Source: Cycas panzhihuaensis
Lineage: Eukaryota; Plantae; Cycadophyta
Length of the DNA stretch: 64,000 nucleotides
NCBI GenBank assembly: GCA_023213395.1
Contig: CM041465.1
Location: 190,099,741 to 190,163,740, forward strand
Reading direction: 5' to 3'
This document shows positions 28,913 to 43,029 of this stretch, piece by piece. Every line of letters begins with the position of its first letter. The first letter of the stretch is position 1. The translations under genes and the position numbers were made by a program. Under the pieces are notes generated by a model, which had not been told where the DNA came from, made no database searches, and worked only from the letters and a program-made list of their open reading frames with translations.

Positions 28913-30648
28913 ATCCTTCCCTCTTTAAAATATTTGAACCTTGAAATTTTTTATTTTTCTACCTTATCCTTAATAGATCCATGACTTAAAATGCTTCACC
29001 TGGAAAGTGTAGGAGAGAAATGAACATCTTTAGCCTACCACTTACTAAAGATAGGATACCATAGACACTCTACCCATCTTTACATCATTTTATAGAATTA
29101 ATTGATATTTATTTACTTTGTATTAATGATGACTTATCTTGGGTAACCTTTATATAAGATCTTATATGTGGAAGATCTTGGGACCATTATGTTATAAATT
29201 CAACTTGTTTGAGATCCTTTGTCTTATTTCTATATTTCATCCATATGGAATTATCCTTAGGAAAGGTGAATATCTTTGAAAGTAAGAAATGAGGCAAGAT
29301 ATTTTATAATAGAAATTGGAGTGATCATCGTGGTAAGAATCTCATATAGATGAGAATTTTAGTAAGGAATATAAGAGAAAAATACATCAAGGATGGAGAT
29401 GGAATGGAACTTAAGGTTAAGAAGGATGGAGTGGTTTAAAAGCAGTATGATATAAGAAGGTATACAATACATGTAATTTGAGAGTGAGATGGTATAGTTA
29501 GGTAATGGTGATAAAATATATTATATTAAGAGTCCAACAATATGGGGTATAGTGTGTTAGTATAAAAGACATGAGAGATATGGTATAGGGGATAAATATG
29601 AAGTATATAAGAAAGGTATGTAGGTAATTAAATATAGGATAAAAGAAATAAGGTGTTGCACTACTTGTAACTCAGTTAATTAATCATAGTAGTTAGACAT
29701 TAATTAAACTTAATAACTAGTTTTACATTTAAAAATTTAGTAGGAGATTAAAATCTACTACATAAGGGATAAGGATGACTTACAAGTTCAAGGGCTAAGT
29801 GCATATAGATGTAGTGTGTGAGGAATGAAGGTTGAAGTAGGGATGACAATGGATTAAATTAATATGGACTAACAATAATGTTAAGGATTGAAACATATAA
29901 AGAGTTTATTTAGGAATAGTACGTATGAGGTAGGAGGAGCACTAAGAGTTTTATATAGGTAAAAGGGAATAATGTAGAAGATGCATATTAAAGTGGGGTT
30001 AATGATAAGCATCTTATAAGCATGGGAAAGAGAGACAAAAGGAAAGGATATGGAAGTATAGGTATGAAAAGGGAATATAAGGGGTATAAGGTACCAATGA
30101 GATTAGGAGATGGTACAGGCATCAGTACTATGTAGAAAAAGAAGAGAGTGAGGGTTAGATGATATGATGGAAATTCTTCAAGGATACACATCAAGGACAG
30201 ATTTATTAGACATGAGTAAAATGAAGTGTAACATGAAGGAAAATATTCTTGCAGGAGAACAAGGCAAAATGTATATCAAATAACCATAAACCAATATTAC
30301 ATCAATACATCAATGTGTCACAATCACAATAGCATAAACCATGAAAGCGTTATTATTCAATCCATTGTAGTAGAAATGAGCATTACAAATTTCTTAAATG
30401 GAGGTGGTGTCTCAAGACACCAAGGTTGCACACCCTTTAATATTTATAATTTGGTGGAGGAGGAAAACTCCTCAACCCCTGAATTCAAAATAATAATAAA
30501 ATAATATTAACTTAACTCAAATGAAACTAACTCAACTTACGTTAACTTATGTTGACATGTTGAGCATCACATGTCTAAATTGAAGATGGTGAGATGTACA
30601 ATCCTATTTGGAAGGTGGGAGTGGAGTGATGATAATTAACTCCAATAT

Positions 30649-31404
30649 TCTCCCCCTTAATGTCATCACAAACACTTGTATCTTTTCCTTAAACTTATGG
30701 AACTTGTACTTAAAAAAAACTTTAAAATTCTAATGTTGATTAACATACTTCAACCTTCTTGTAAAATATATCTCTTTACTAAGGAATGATAAAAAGAAAC
30801 TGTAAGTAGATGATGCTTGATTCAAGTGTATATGTATAGATGCAACTTTGACTTTGTCAACTGGAACATTGAGAAAATTTTGAATTTGAACTTTATCTTT
30901 TGTAATCTTTATGCTCTGAACAATTATCATATCATCAGGTTCATTCTTTGTCATATCATCACATTCATTCTTTGTGATGTCAAATGATTCATTTTCATTC
31001 TCCCTCTCAAATGGAGGATCAAATCCTTATGCAACAAGTTGGTCCTACATTTGATCTGAATATTTATTGGTTTTGTCATCATGATCTACCTATTCTGTCG
31101 CTTGTCTCACATGCTCATCAAAAATATCATCAAATACATGGAGGGTGTCTCCCCCATAAGTAGAAATCAATACATTTCAAACTAATTTAGAACTTGTTAA
31201 TTTAGAAACCTTTGAAAAATCATCATCATTCATAGTGCAAAATAACAAACCTAAAACTTCATTATCTTTTCTAAAATGTTCTTTAATGCTAAGGTCACAT
31301 TCATGTTGTAAATACTTTAAAAGATTATGTTTAATAAAGTAAGTTTACATGGTGTCATACCATTGTGAAAAGTTATGGCCATTGCAAATGGAAAATTGTG
31401 CCAT
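30649..31404 (-). pseudogene. Mini-ORF: copia Gag N-terminus + acidic linker + RNase H-like C-terminal tail (252 codons, 6 stops, no frameshift)
   Basis: MAQFSICNGHNFSQWYDTM*TYFIKHNLLKYL..KDNEVLGLLFCTMNDDDFSKVSKLTSSKLV*NVLISTYGG..DPPFERENENESFD..NFKVFFKYKFHKFKEKIQVFVMTLRGR, all in one frame. Confidence 0.8.
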
Positions 31405-33133
31405 TTTAGCAAAGAAACTTTAGTACATAAAAAGTATGCTTTTATCAAATTAAAAGAGTCAATAAATGAGTAAACTTGTATGACATCAAATATACTTTTC
31501 AAAAGAAATATAATGTCTTTTGAAAATAAACAAACTAAATGTAATAAGGAAAAAATGAATATAGAAGTAATTTTAAAATCATATACCAATATTCTTTTAA
31601 CAATATAAATCTGAAATAAGATGATTTTCTACAAATGAATAAATGATAATTTTTAATATAATAAATACTTAGGCTTGATGATAATATATAATGCTGGAAA
31701 AACTGAAATATATGTATATTTTACTTTGAAAGATAAGGAGTATGATGAAACTTTTTAAAAGAAGGGTTAGATGACAACCTTAAGTTTAACGGCTTCAAAA
31801 ATATACTAAATGATATCAGAATGATGTGAAACTTTATGAGTGTGAAGATTAACAAAATATAAATCTAACAAAATTGACTGTTTTAAAAACGGGTTCAAAT
31901 AAGTCAAGATTTGAATGATACAAGTGTACACACCTCCTTTTGAGGCCTAATAGGAGTAAGGAGCTCAAAATTGCATAAAATTGCTAATAAAACTTTAGAA
32001 AGTGTTGAAAAATGATCAAATATGTTTGTAAAACTATTAAATATTTGTTTGGTTAAAAAATTTTAAAAAATTTTATATGAAAATATGCGAAAAATGACAG
32101 ATTGAGGCTAGTAAGTAGTCCAATTTTAATAGATTTAAAAATAAATAAAAACAACTTAAAATGGATGAAAAACTATATCAGTTCGAAGGGGAATAAGTCA
32201 GCTTCCCAGTGAAGCTGACAGAATTAAATTTGGATGTTAAACAGAAAAATTACAGTAAAAACAATAATAAGTACCTTTATATAAAAATATTAAAAAAATG
32301 CTAAAAAGCACTAAAATGTCAATTTCAATGATTAAATTAATAGTCAAAATAAATTCTAAAAAATAAAATAAAATATGGGTTTTGAATTTTATTGAACTAG
32401 ATCAACGTAGAATAAATTTGGGCTAAAAATAGTTTCCAGCTAATGAAAGTCAACCAGTTCAAAAAGCGATTTTGTAAAAAATTGAAAAAAGGCTAAAAGA
32501 AAGAGAAATCGACTTTAAATTGACTAAAATGGTGTCAAATCTGCACCAGATTGATCATTTGACCAGTTAAAAATGATCTATAGAAAAAATATAATCCAAT
32601 GAAGTTGGTTTCATCTGAAACTGATGAGCCAATGAGGAGTTATAGAAAAAAAATGCCAATAACTCTATGTAAAATAAAAAATTAAAAAAAATAAGAGGTA
32701 AAAATTTATATTGTTAAGATAACTTTCTCAGAATATGGGTCTAAAGATAGACTGGATAGGGATTGAACCCAAGACTTGTCAAAAAATAATCCCCTCTGTT
32801 GCTAGGAGAGTGAACTCACTCGTCGAGTTTTAAACCAACAAACTTTTAAAAAATATAAAATAAGGTTGAATGTCATATTACAAAGGTATATGGTCAGGGG
32901 CCAAACTAAAGAAGACTTAGATCCAAAATACTGGACCTCAAAATATATCCAATAAAGTTTAATTTCTTCAAAAACTTTATAAAAAATATGTGAATTAAAA
33001 AATAATACCGTCCTAAATATGTAGAAACTAGGCAAAACACAATGAAATACAATCAAAGGAGTAGTTGGAATCCTAAATATAAGATGGTCCAGTCTAAATA
33101 TAAAGTACCATAAATATTCTGATCAATTGATTA

Positions 33134-33135
<2 letters not shown>

Positions 33136-33195
<60 letters not shown>
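33136..33195. repeat. (TA)n microsatellite
   Basis: Directly visible. Confidence 0.98.
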
Positions 33196-33198
<3 letters not shown>

Positions 33199-36100
33199 AA
33201 GTAAAAAATGAAAAGAAAAGAAATGGGCCGATGACTATTATGTAGTTGTCAATGGATTTGCAAAGCAAAACCACGGCTAAACGCTGAGGATCTATGGTTG
33301 GGACTACTTTGAATACAATTGTTATGGCAGTGATGGTAATGACAAGAGAATGGAGGCCAGATTTTTGCTTCTCTTCATTTTGGGGGATCTGTGAGCAAAA
33401 CTATCTTGGATCTTGTTGCTTGGATTGGATGCAACGAAACACGAACTTGTTGGGGATGTCTTGACATTGACAGTCAAACGTCAAGATGTGGTATGCAAAT
33501 CTATACAGATCTATCACATAATACATAGATCTCCTAATATTTGAATATACTAGTTAATATAACAGTATGCGTTCTCTGAATATTAATTAGTTCTCTGAAT
33601 ATACTAAGTTACAGAGTTCTTTGAGATAAGGGGAAGAACAGTAGGAATGATTGAGACGTTGGACAGAAGGTGTGAGTGATCGTTTGGCGAAGTCGGAGCC
33701 TGTGGGTAACAAAGAGTTAAGAGGCAAACACACCCTTGGTGGGGAAGAAGCAGAGAATACAAAAGCCTCAACGGCGGGTATGGACAGTGCAACGACATAA
33801 ACAATGAAGAATGGACAGACAAGGAATCGACAGGTACGAATGTAGTTGTTGAACGGATGGGCAGACAGATGCAATTGTTAAATAGGGAAGAGACTGCGTG
33901 GGGAAGGAGGGCTGAACTCAATTACAAGTACAACAAGTTACTAGATAGAAGAAGGAAATATTAGCAGTAGGGCTAAATTTAACGGCTGAACAGTGAACAG
34001 ACCATAGGGGGGAAGAACGGCTTCCACTGCATGGGGGAAGCAGTCATATTAAAGGGAAATAAAGGCAAGAAGATGGGGAACAGGTTCCTCCTAAATGGGG
34101 TCTGGTTTAGATCAAGTGAAGAACGTTGAGAACAGGTTCAAACTGAAAATGATCACAAATAGAAAGATGATAATAGTCTGCAGAATGATGGGTCAATGAA
34201 GGAAGTTTCTAAGGTGGGGAGTGAGCCCAAGGATTCTTCAAAGAGCAATAATGTTGTAGGAAAAAACTTCAAGTATAAAGATCAGACAAACGAATACTAA
34301 GCTATAAATAAATTCAAAGAAATGCTTTATAAAACAGTCACAAAATAAAGAATGATCCTTTGAATATATTTACAAACATATATTAAATGAGTACCAAAAT
34401 ATATAGTGTGGGTATTGCATATACTGTAGGCTAGTGGAGGTCTCCTAATAATGTCAAGCATAAAGAGAACACTGAGGGCATAGAAGACTAGATTGAAATA
34501 GTAATACAAGTGCACATAGATGCATTAATGGAGCCAGAAACAAAGTAAAAATTTTAAAGTCTATCAAAGAAATTTATTTATTTATTTATATCTTGAATAT
34601 CAAAGTACGAAAAACCTAGTAAACTGTGATAGGATTGTTGTGCAGACTTCTGAGCAAGAGAACATCTTTCACAATAGATGAAACTTCAATCCATCTTCTC
34701 CAGTGAATAGGCGTGCTTGCCAGGATCTCAACTAGTAGTCATATACAAATGTTTTGCCAGATATATAACAATATAAATTAGAAAATAAGCAAAAGTATCA
34801 ACTCCAACTTGGCTCTGATACCAACTGAAGGAAAATATACTTGTAGGAGAACAGGGCAGAATGTATATCAAATAACCATAAACTAATATTACATCAATAC
34901 ATCAATGTGTCACAATCACAATAGCATAAACTATGAAAGCATTATTGTTCAATCCATTGTAGCAGAAATGATCATTACAAATTTCTTAAATAGAGATGGT
35001 GTCTCAAGACACTAGGGTTGCACACCCCTTAATATTTATAATTTGTTGGAGGAGGGAAACTCCTCAACCCCTAAATTTAAAATAATAATAAAATAATGTT
35101 AACTTAACTCAAATGAAACTAACTCAACTTACCTTAACTTACCTTAACATGTTGAGCATCACATGTCTAAATTGAAGATGGTGAGATGTCCGATCTTGGT
35201 TGGAAGGTGGGAGTGGAGTGATGACAATTAACTCCAACATAACAATGAGTTATAATAAGAGTGATATTAGGAAGTGGCATATATAAGGAATTGAGAGGAG
35301 TATAAGGTTTGTGAATGAGAGATATCAATTAACAACTCATATAAGTAACCAATAAGGACTAGTGAAAGAGATATATGAGAATTATAAATGAGGGTGTTAT
35401 TGATAAACGGTAAGTGAGATGGGATCTATGAGAAATCTTAGGGAATGAGTGGTTTAAATGAAACAAGAGATAAGGGTGATATACTCCTTATGAGATATGG
35501 GTCTCGATAAGGGCATATGGATGGGGTATAAAAAGTAGCATATAAGGATTAGTAAGAGGGGTGATGGAGGATATAAACATTAATTATAGGATAATATTAA
35601 GGTGGTTAGAGAAAAAGTGAAGCCTTATACAAGAGATGTATGCTAATAGAACTAGGAAATAATGAGAGTAGGGGGTTAGCAAGAGGATGAGGGATAACAT
35701 GATGCAATTTTTTCCTTGTTGGTTTTCTATATAATGAATTATAGTGATAAAAAGGCAATAATTAAAGGGTCTTATGTGGAAGTAGGATTTCACTTATGAA
35801 AATATTAGATTGAGGGCCTTAAGGTATAATTTTACTTTAGGCTTTTATTGAATGAAATCTTGTAATACTACACAATATGAAAATTCAAAGTAAATAATGT
35901 AAAAGAATAAGATTTAAACTCATAATAGTTTCTTTATTAAACTTGATATGTTGCTCTAATTTTATAATTAATTCTTCTTCATCCCATCACCATGTAGAAT
36001 CTTTTTCACTTACTTCATGGACCTTAACCAATTCCTCAATTTATTTAAGGATAAACTCTATCTCCTTAATAACTTACTCTTGAGTGTATTGTACTTTTTA

Positions 36101-37392
36101 TTTTACATGTAGGATTTTTTCTTTTATTTATTATTATTCTTTTAGTTTTTATTTTTTGATAATTATATTCAAATAAATGGTATGTGGTTATCTCTCCCTA
36201 TTTATTGGACATGATTTACCCTTGTAAATTTAAATGTAATATTCAATGAAGATTTTTGAGATATTTATTATATTTACCATAATAAATGCCTTTATGTAAC
36301 TTAATTTTGTAGTTTATTAATCAATAAGAAACTCAATAGAAATGATAGACAACCCCTTAATTATAACATATGATATAAAAATCTGATAGCAAAATGTGAA
36401 AATTTACTCACAACTATAAAATAAAGAACCTTAAAGATGGTTACTAATTAAAAGGATATTATTCTAATAATATTTTAATTTTAATATTTTGACCAATAAC
36501 CTTTCTAAATATTTTCCATTATTTTCTTATTTGGCTATACGAGTAATTATGGGATTATTCTTTGATTTAGTTATGTACATATTTATGGGATTGTTCTTTG
36601 ATTTAGCTATATGTATAGCGATTAATGAAAAAATCCTTCTATTATATAGGCAATAAGATGCTAAAAGAAGTATTCTAAGCACTATGAACATTTCGAAGAA
36701 TGTTGAACATAGGTAAATGCGATGCCATAAAAATCATAAGCTTAAAATGGAGTGAGGTCCCTAAAGAAGATGAATATCCACTCTAGCTATCTCAAGACAA
36801 GTATCCATATTGATAATACTCTCCTTATTCCCTTTAGGAATAATATTTTATCACTCTTTACATTTCAAAATTGTTGGAATATGTGAATGCTTGAATAGAT
36901 TTTTTACATATATAATGTTTAATACTAATGTTCTAAACCAACATGTAAAATTAACTCATCAGATATATTGAGAGATGTGATATGCATATTTATTTATATA
37001 AACATACTATTAGATAATGTAAAGGATTAAGAGAAATGATAGGTTACTCATAAGATGACTGTTGATATAAATATATATACATACTACTTGAGAACTTGAA
37101 AAAGGAGGTATATTCATTCTGATAATAAAAGAAGAGATCCTAACTCTAACATTCTATTGTGATTTTTTTCACACTATATTTTTCACGTATAAATCAATTG
37201 TCTTTCAATTAGTGAATACTTATTACATGTTTGATCTACATTATACTTTATGATTCATGTTTATTATTTTATATGTATATACTCCTCATGATATGATTCA
37301 TATAAATTATACATTCTCGTTATATTTTTACTGCCTATGTTTACCACATTATAATATGATATCAAACTTAAATTCAAAATTCTCAAATACCA

Positions 37393-37803
37393 TGTTAGAA
37401 TTTAAAATTTAAGCTTAATATTATATTGTGATGTGGTGACTAGATATAATGAAATATAACAAGTATATAATATCATGAAAAATGTATATATGTAAAGTAA
37501 TATACACAAATCATAAAGTAAATAATAGATCAAACATACACTAAGTGATCACCATATGAGTCATAATAGATTTATATGTCAAAAACTCAATGTTAAAGAA
37601 AACCATGAGAGAAGGTGGAGTTTGGAGCTTCTCTTTGATAGAAAAATAAATGTATATTTTTATCTTAAGTTCTCAAGTGGTGTCTATATATAGTTATATC
37701 ATGAGTAGCCTATAATTTCTCTTGAGCCTTTACATCATCCAATAGTATTTTTATATGGATATATATGCATACCACATTTTTAATATATCTAATGACTGAG
37801 ATT
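37393..37803 (-). mobile_element. Inverted, truncated LTR of the same family with a PBS stub
   Basis: Reverse complement of about 36950-37387; preceded by tacca (rc of TGGTA). Confidence 0.8.
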
Positions 37804-39642
37804 ATATTAAACGATCCTACAAAACTTGAATCTAGCAATTGATCTAGTGTATAAGGCACTTTAGGAGCTAATGAAAGTAGAAGATTGATGAGTTAAATAG
37901 TGGATATACTAGTGACGTATGACTGACATCCTTAGGGTGAAAAGAAGGTGAAAAAAACTAAAGGGTAGATAAAAGATATAGAAGTTGATGAAGTCACATG
38001 TGTTAAAGATAGTAAAACTAATAGTATATAATTTATTTTTTTTGGAAAATTATTTTATGCACATAGATGTCATATTTATGAAGTACACAAATGTAAAATG
38101 AGTCCACCATAAAGATGTGTGAGAAGAGAAACAATTGCTAGTTGCTTCACTAATATGGATTGGTCCCTGAAAAAAGTGATCAAGATTTTATAAGAATGGG
38201 TATTTCACCTAATCTCACTACTAGTAATAACAAGATAGAATTTTATGAAGACAACTTTTTAATTCATTTGTAAAGGTAGTTACAAGTGTCCTCCTTAAGG
38301 ACTCACTATTACAATTGAACGGTTCTAGAGGCCTTTTTAAGCATCTCAAATTAAGATTCACTACTAGAATGATATCAGTACTTCATTGATGATAAAAAGT
38401 TAAAAGAAGCACCAAGTCTATATGAAGAAAAATGGCAAGTTAAAGATATGCTTTTGAGGCGCATAAAGAAATTAAAGGGCATGGAAAAAGTATGTGGCAT
38501 GTATGATGAAATTTAATAACATTTATTATGAAATGATGAAGTGTAAGGGCATATTCTAGTTATATGAGGAATTAATAGTTTGTTGGTTGTAGGACATCTC
38601 TTAAAAACTTGTTAGGAGAATGAATTTTATAAAAAAGGTTCTATTCGGTTGTCAAAATAGTGGTGCCTATAAATTCTCATGTGTACCCTATAAATTCTCT
38701 TGAGCCTTTACATCATCTAATAGTATTTTAAATAAATATGCATGTGTATCACTCTCTCAATATATGTGATGAGTGGGATTATGTTGAAAGACACTATAAA
38801 GATAAAGCTAGCAATTGATCTAATGTATAAACTAGTTCAGGAGCCAGTAAAAGTATAAGATTCACGAGTTAAATGCTAAATATAATAATGATATGTGACT
38901 AAGATCCTTAGGGTAAGAAGAAGACTAAGGTATACATAGAAGCTATAGAAAGATATAGAAGTTTATGAAGTTGGATATATTGAAGATAATAAAACTAGTA
39001 GTATATAATTTAATTTTTATGGATAATTATTTTATATATATAGATGTCATTTTTATGAAGTATGTAGGTGTGAAATGAGACTGCCATAAAGATGTATGAG
39101 AAGAGAAACTATTATTAGTTGTTTTACCAATATAGGTTGCCCCACTACAAAAGTGATCAAGACTTTGTGAGAATGGCTATCTCACATAATCTCATAACTA
39201 GTAGTAGTAAGACAAAATTTTATGAAGATAAAATTTTAGTTCATTTATGAAGGTAGTTATGAGGGTCTTGGTGGAGGATTCATTGTTACAATTGAATAAT
39301 TTTAGAGGTCTTTTTGAGCATTTCAAATTGGGATTTGCTATGAGGATAATGTCAATACTCTATCAATAAAAGAAGTTGAAATATGTATTAAGTTTGTATG
39401 AATAAAAGTGACAAGATGAAGGTATGTTTGTGAGGTATATAATGAAATGAAATGGTATAAAAAATGTATGTTCTATTTATGGTAAAATTTAATAACATTT
39501 ATTATAAAATAATAAAAATTGGCGATGAACTTTGGTTGTACAAGAAAATGATAGCCTATTGGTTGTAGGACATATGTTAACAACTTGTTAAGAGAATGGA
39601 TTTTATAAAAATGGTTATATTTAGTTGTCAAAATAGTGGAGG
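37709..39642. repeat. Tandem duplication of a ~957-bp unit (LTR fragment + possible gypsy gag remnant)
   Basis: 37709-38665 aligns colinearly with 38687-39642; 21-bp filler at the junction. Confidence 0.9.
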
Positions 39643-42336
39643 CTATTTGTAGAAATAAAAATATATTTTTGCCATTCATAATATATATCATATTTATGTC
39701 ATTCTCTATGTTCTATCCATTTAGCTCTAATTTCTTTACTGTTTAATAATGTTTTTATCTATTTCTATCAGGGTCAACCTTATTTTTTCATTTTACATCT
39801 GCTTATCTATTTGAGGATTTACAAATAGATCTTTATAATACAATATTATGCAAAATTTATAAGGTTTTCAATGTGATAGTTTCAAGCTAAAAAATGAGTG
39901 TAATGTGACATATTTTTTTGGCAAATTGATATTTGTATAGATTTATGCTAGACATGATTTATTCCCCTTTGGTATTTTTAAAATATTACTTTAGTGACCA
40001 ATGCTCTCACTAAACAAATGAATAGATCACCTAGTTTTGTTATATGATTATTTGGTATTATTAATTAATGAAGAATAATAAAGGAAGTTTCTTTTAAAAG
40101 TACATATAAAAAAGCTCATTTATGGTTTTGAAGCCTTATAACAGATAAAGAATATATAAAGTGGGATATATTTGATATAATATTGATGTGGGAATATCTT
40201 ATACATATGTTGGATATGAAAATCCCCCTTGAAAATTTTTACATTTGGTTTAATAGTGCACAAGACTAGTTAAATGATATATCACATATTTATTGATGAC
40301 AAATAAATCATCAACACCTATTTGATCATTAATGACATGATTTAATATCTTGATAAAGGGCCTAGTTTAATTGTTTGATGTTGAAGATATAAGCTAAAGT
40401 TGATGATTAAGAATTCCACTTGTTTTATGATACAAGGAGAAGAAAAAGTCTTATATATTATTCATTTAGCATATTGATTCAATTATTGAAATTATCCAAT
40501 TAATATTAGAAAAGTATTTGTAAGTGAGAAATCTGACTAACCATGCATGATAAGAGATATAAAAGTATATTTTTATATTACTTTATTATAACTAACTTAT
40601 CTTCACTAAGGAGTATACCCAATTCCTAGAGTTAGTATGTTTAGATGTTTGATTGATTTATTGATGAATTATTAATGGTTACCAAAAGAAAGTTATAAGT
40701 GTGAAGTAGCATCAATGAAGGTCGTACATAAGATATTTTCTTATACATAGGAGGCAAGATGAATGATACTACTCTTATAATTATATAGATTATATTATTA
40801 ATCTTATATGTAAGAGGCGAGGGATATTTTATGCTACTTTTATTTATTGATGAACCTTTTACAAGAAGCACATCCTATAGAACAAGAAATTACATTAGTT
40901 GGTTACCTATGTATTCCGATATATGGTTATTTTTTCATATAGATATAAGAAATTAATTTTTGATTCATAAGATTGATAAGTACTTGACTGATGATGTTTT
41001 ATAATAACTTTATAGGGGAAGATATAAAGATGTTTAGGAAAATATTTCATATATTAGTTGATGTTGATGGATGATAATTGGTTTATATTTATACGTTGGT
41101 TGTTCATGGTTAGTCATTGATAATCATAGATGATTAGATGTTATTTACATATAGGTTTATTACAAAGGTTTTACAAGTTAATGCTTGTAGGAGACAAGCA
41201 TGATGATTGATAGATTTATATGTTATAGGTGATGATACATATATAACTTCATATATATCATAGGTTATAGGATCCAATAGACATTAAACACTTGAATATA
41301 AAGATGATAAATTGAAAATATTAAACATTAAAGTGGGATGTTAAAATATGTGAATATTTAAGTATATTATTCATATATATAATGTTTTACATTAATGTAG
41401 TGAAAGCCACTCATCAGATACATTGAGAAATGTGATATACATACTAATCTATGTAAAGATACTATTAGATGATGTAAAGGCTCAAGAGAAATAATAGGCT
41501 ACTCATGAGGTGACTACTGATATTTAGATAAAGAGGAACTCCTAACTCTAACCTTCTCATGTGGTTTTTTTCCATACTAGGTTTTCCATATATAAATCTA
41601 TTATCTCTTAATTAGTAAATGCTTATTACATGTTTGATCTACTTTACACTTTATGATTCATGTTTATTATTTTATATATATGCATTGCTTATGATATAAT
41701 TCATATCCATCATATATGCTTGTTATACTCTTATTTCCTATACTCACTACATAACAATATCATATCAAACTTATATTCTAAATTCTAATAAAATTACAAG
41801 CCTAATCCTATGTATTCCTCAAATGTATTTAAATCTTTATCTTGCCTGTGCTTCAAATTTCAAATTCCAAGATGCTTTCATCTTATAGTTGTCCTCAAGA
41901 GTTCACTACCATGGTCGATAGGTTTACTTTTAGATTTTAATTTTCCCATACCCTCAAATATTTTAGTGGCCCTATAAGACTACTAGTTGTTCTTGGAGCA
42001 TTAAGCTACATTTAATTATTCAAATACATTTCAATACCCTTCTTTTATACCTACAAATAATGGTGTCTTTAAATATCTCCTTACTAGCAAATCTACACAT
42101 ATACATCTTTGAGAATTTATGCATTACCTTCTGGGTTCCTTTATTTTCCCCTATTAAGAAATAATCCCATCGTTGTAATTCATTTATATATAGCAAGGTA
42201 ATTTTTAATCTACTTCTATATGTTCAAATTTCTTAGGTTATAGCTTTTGATTAGTAAGGGGATTACTGGCCTAACTTTAATTTTTAAAGTTTATCCTCGA
42301 TGTTCAAATCGTTTCAAAGTTTGTAAGTTAGGTTTA

Positions 42337-42570
42337 TATCATATACTATCACTAAGATTTGTAATAAAATAATAATTATTTAAATTAGGTTTAGGTATAA
42401 AATATTGTGTTGTTTGGTAGGTTGCTAATTAAGTAATATAAATATTATTTTATATGGACTTATTCTCATATTTTTATCAATTATCAATTGAATTATTATA
42501 GTTCTTTTCTTACTTCTTAGCATATGTAATCTTTGGCTTTCATTAGTACTCTATAAAGTGGTATCAAATC
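42337..42570 (+). mobile_element. 5' LTR + PBS of the family also seen at 2237
   Basis: Homologous to 2237-2450; followed by tggtatcaaa at 42559. Confidence 0.75.
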
Positions 42571-43029
42571 TTTACTTTTGGTACCTATAGTGACATAATT
42601 CTTATCAATAAATAAATTTAAGGCTAGATTACTTAGGAAAGTCAATCATTATAGCTCCATTATTTCCCATTATATATTTTCTCCTACTCTCAGCATCCTC
42701 ATCATTTTTCTACCTAGATTTCCCTTCCATTAAATAGTATCTCTATGTTAGACATAACACACTTCTATGACTTTGACATATATCTTTTAAATTACCTTTA
42801 TTCCATTAAGTTCTATACTATCATGTGTCTCAACATTGCTTACTTATTTGGTTACATGTTCCATTAGCTACTGAGCCATCATGCATCTTACTACTTTTCT
42901 CAGCTTGTGTCATCACCTTTATTCTATCTACTACTAATGTTTTAATAGAGCTTATATTCATGCTTCTATTTGGATTGGTCCTTATAAATTTTTGTTAGTG
43001 CTTAATGGGCATCTACCAACTTGAAATAG

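Larger units (their letters stand above)
30234..35239 (-). mobile_element. Non-autonomous copia-derived LTR element (5006 bp) with a long leader and a mini gag/RH ORF
   Basis: 414-bp LTRs at 30234-30647 and 34826-35239, ~30 mismatches by eye. Perfect TSD TAACA; rc PBS ggctctgatacca at 34811-34823; rc PPT ttctcccccttaa at 30648-30660. No PR/INT/RT motifs found. Confidence 0.95.
36872..41790 (+). mobile_element. Rearranged, highly decayed copia element
   Basis: Homologous LTRs at 36872-37387 and 41339-41790; flanks aaaat/aaatt; PPT ttaaagtggga. Faint RT/RH remnants (KKLIYG at ~40108-40126). The 3' UTR 40790-41338 is homologous to 21150-21678. Confidence 0.55.
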
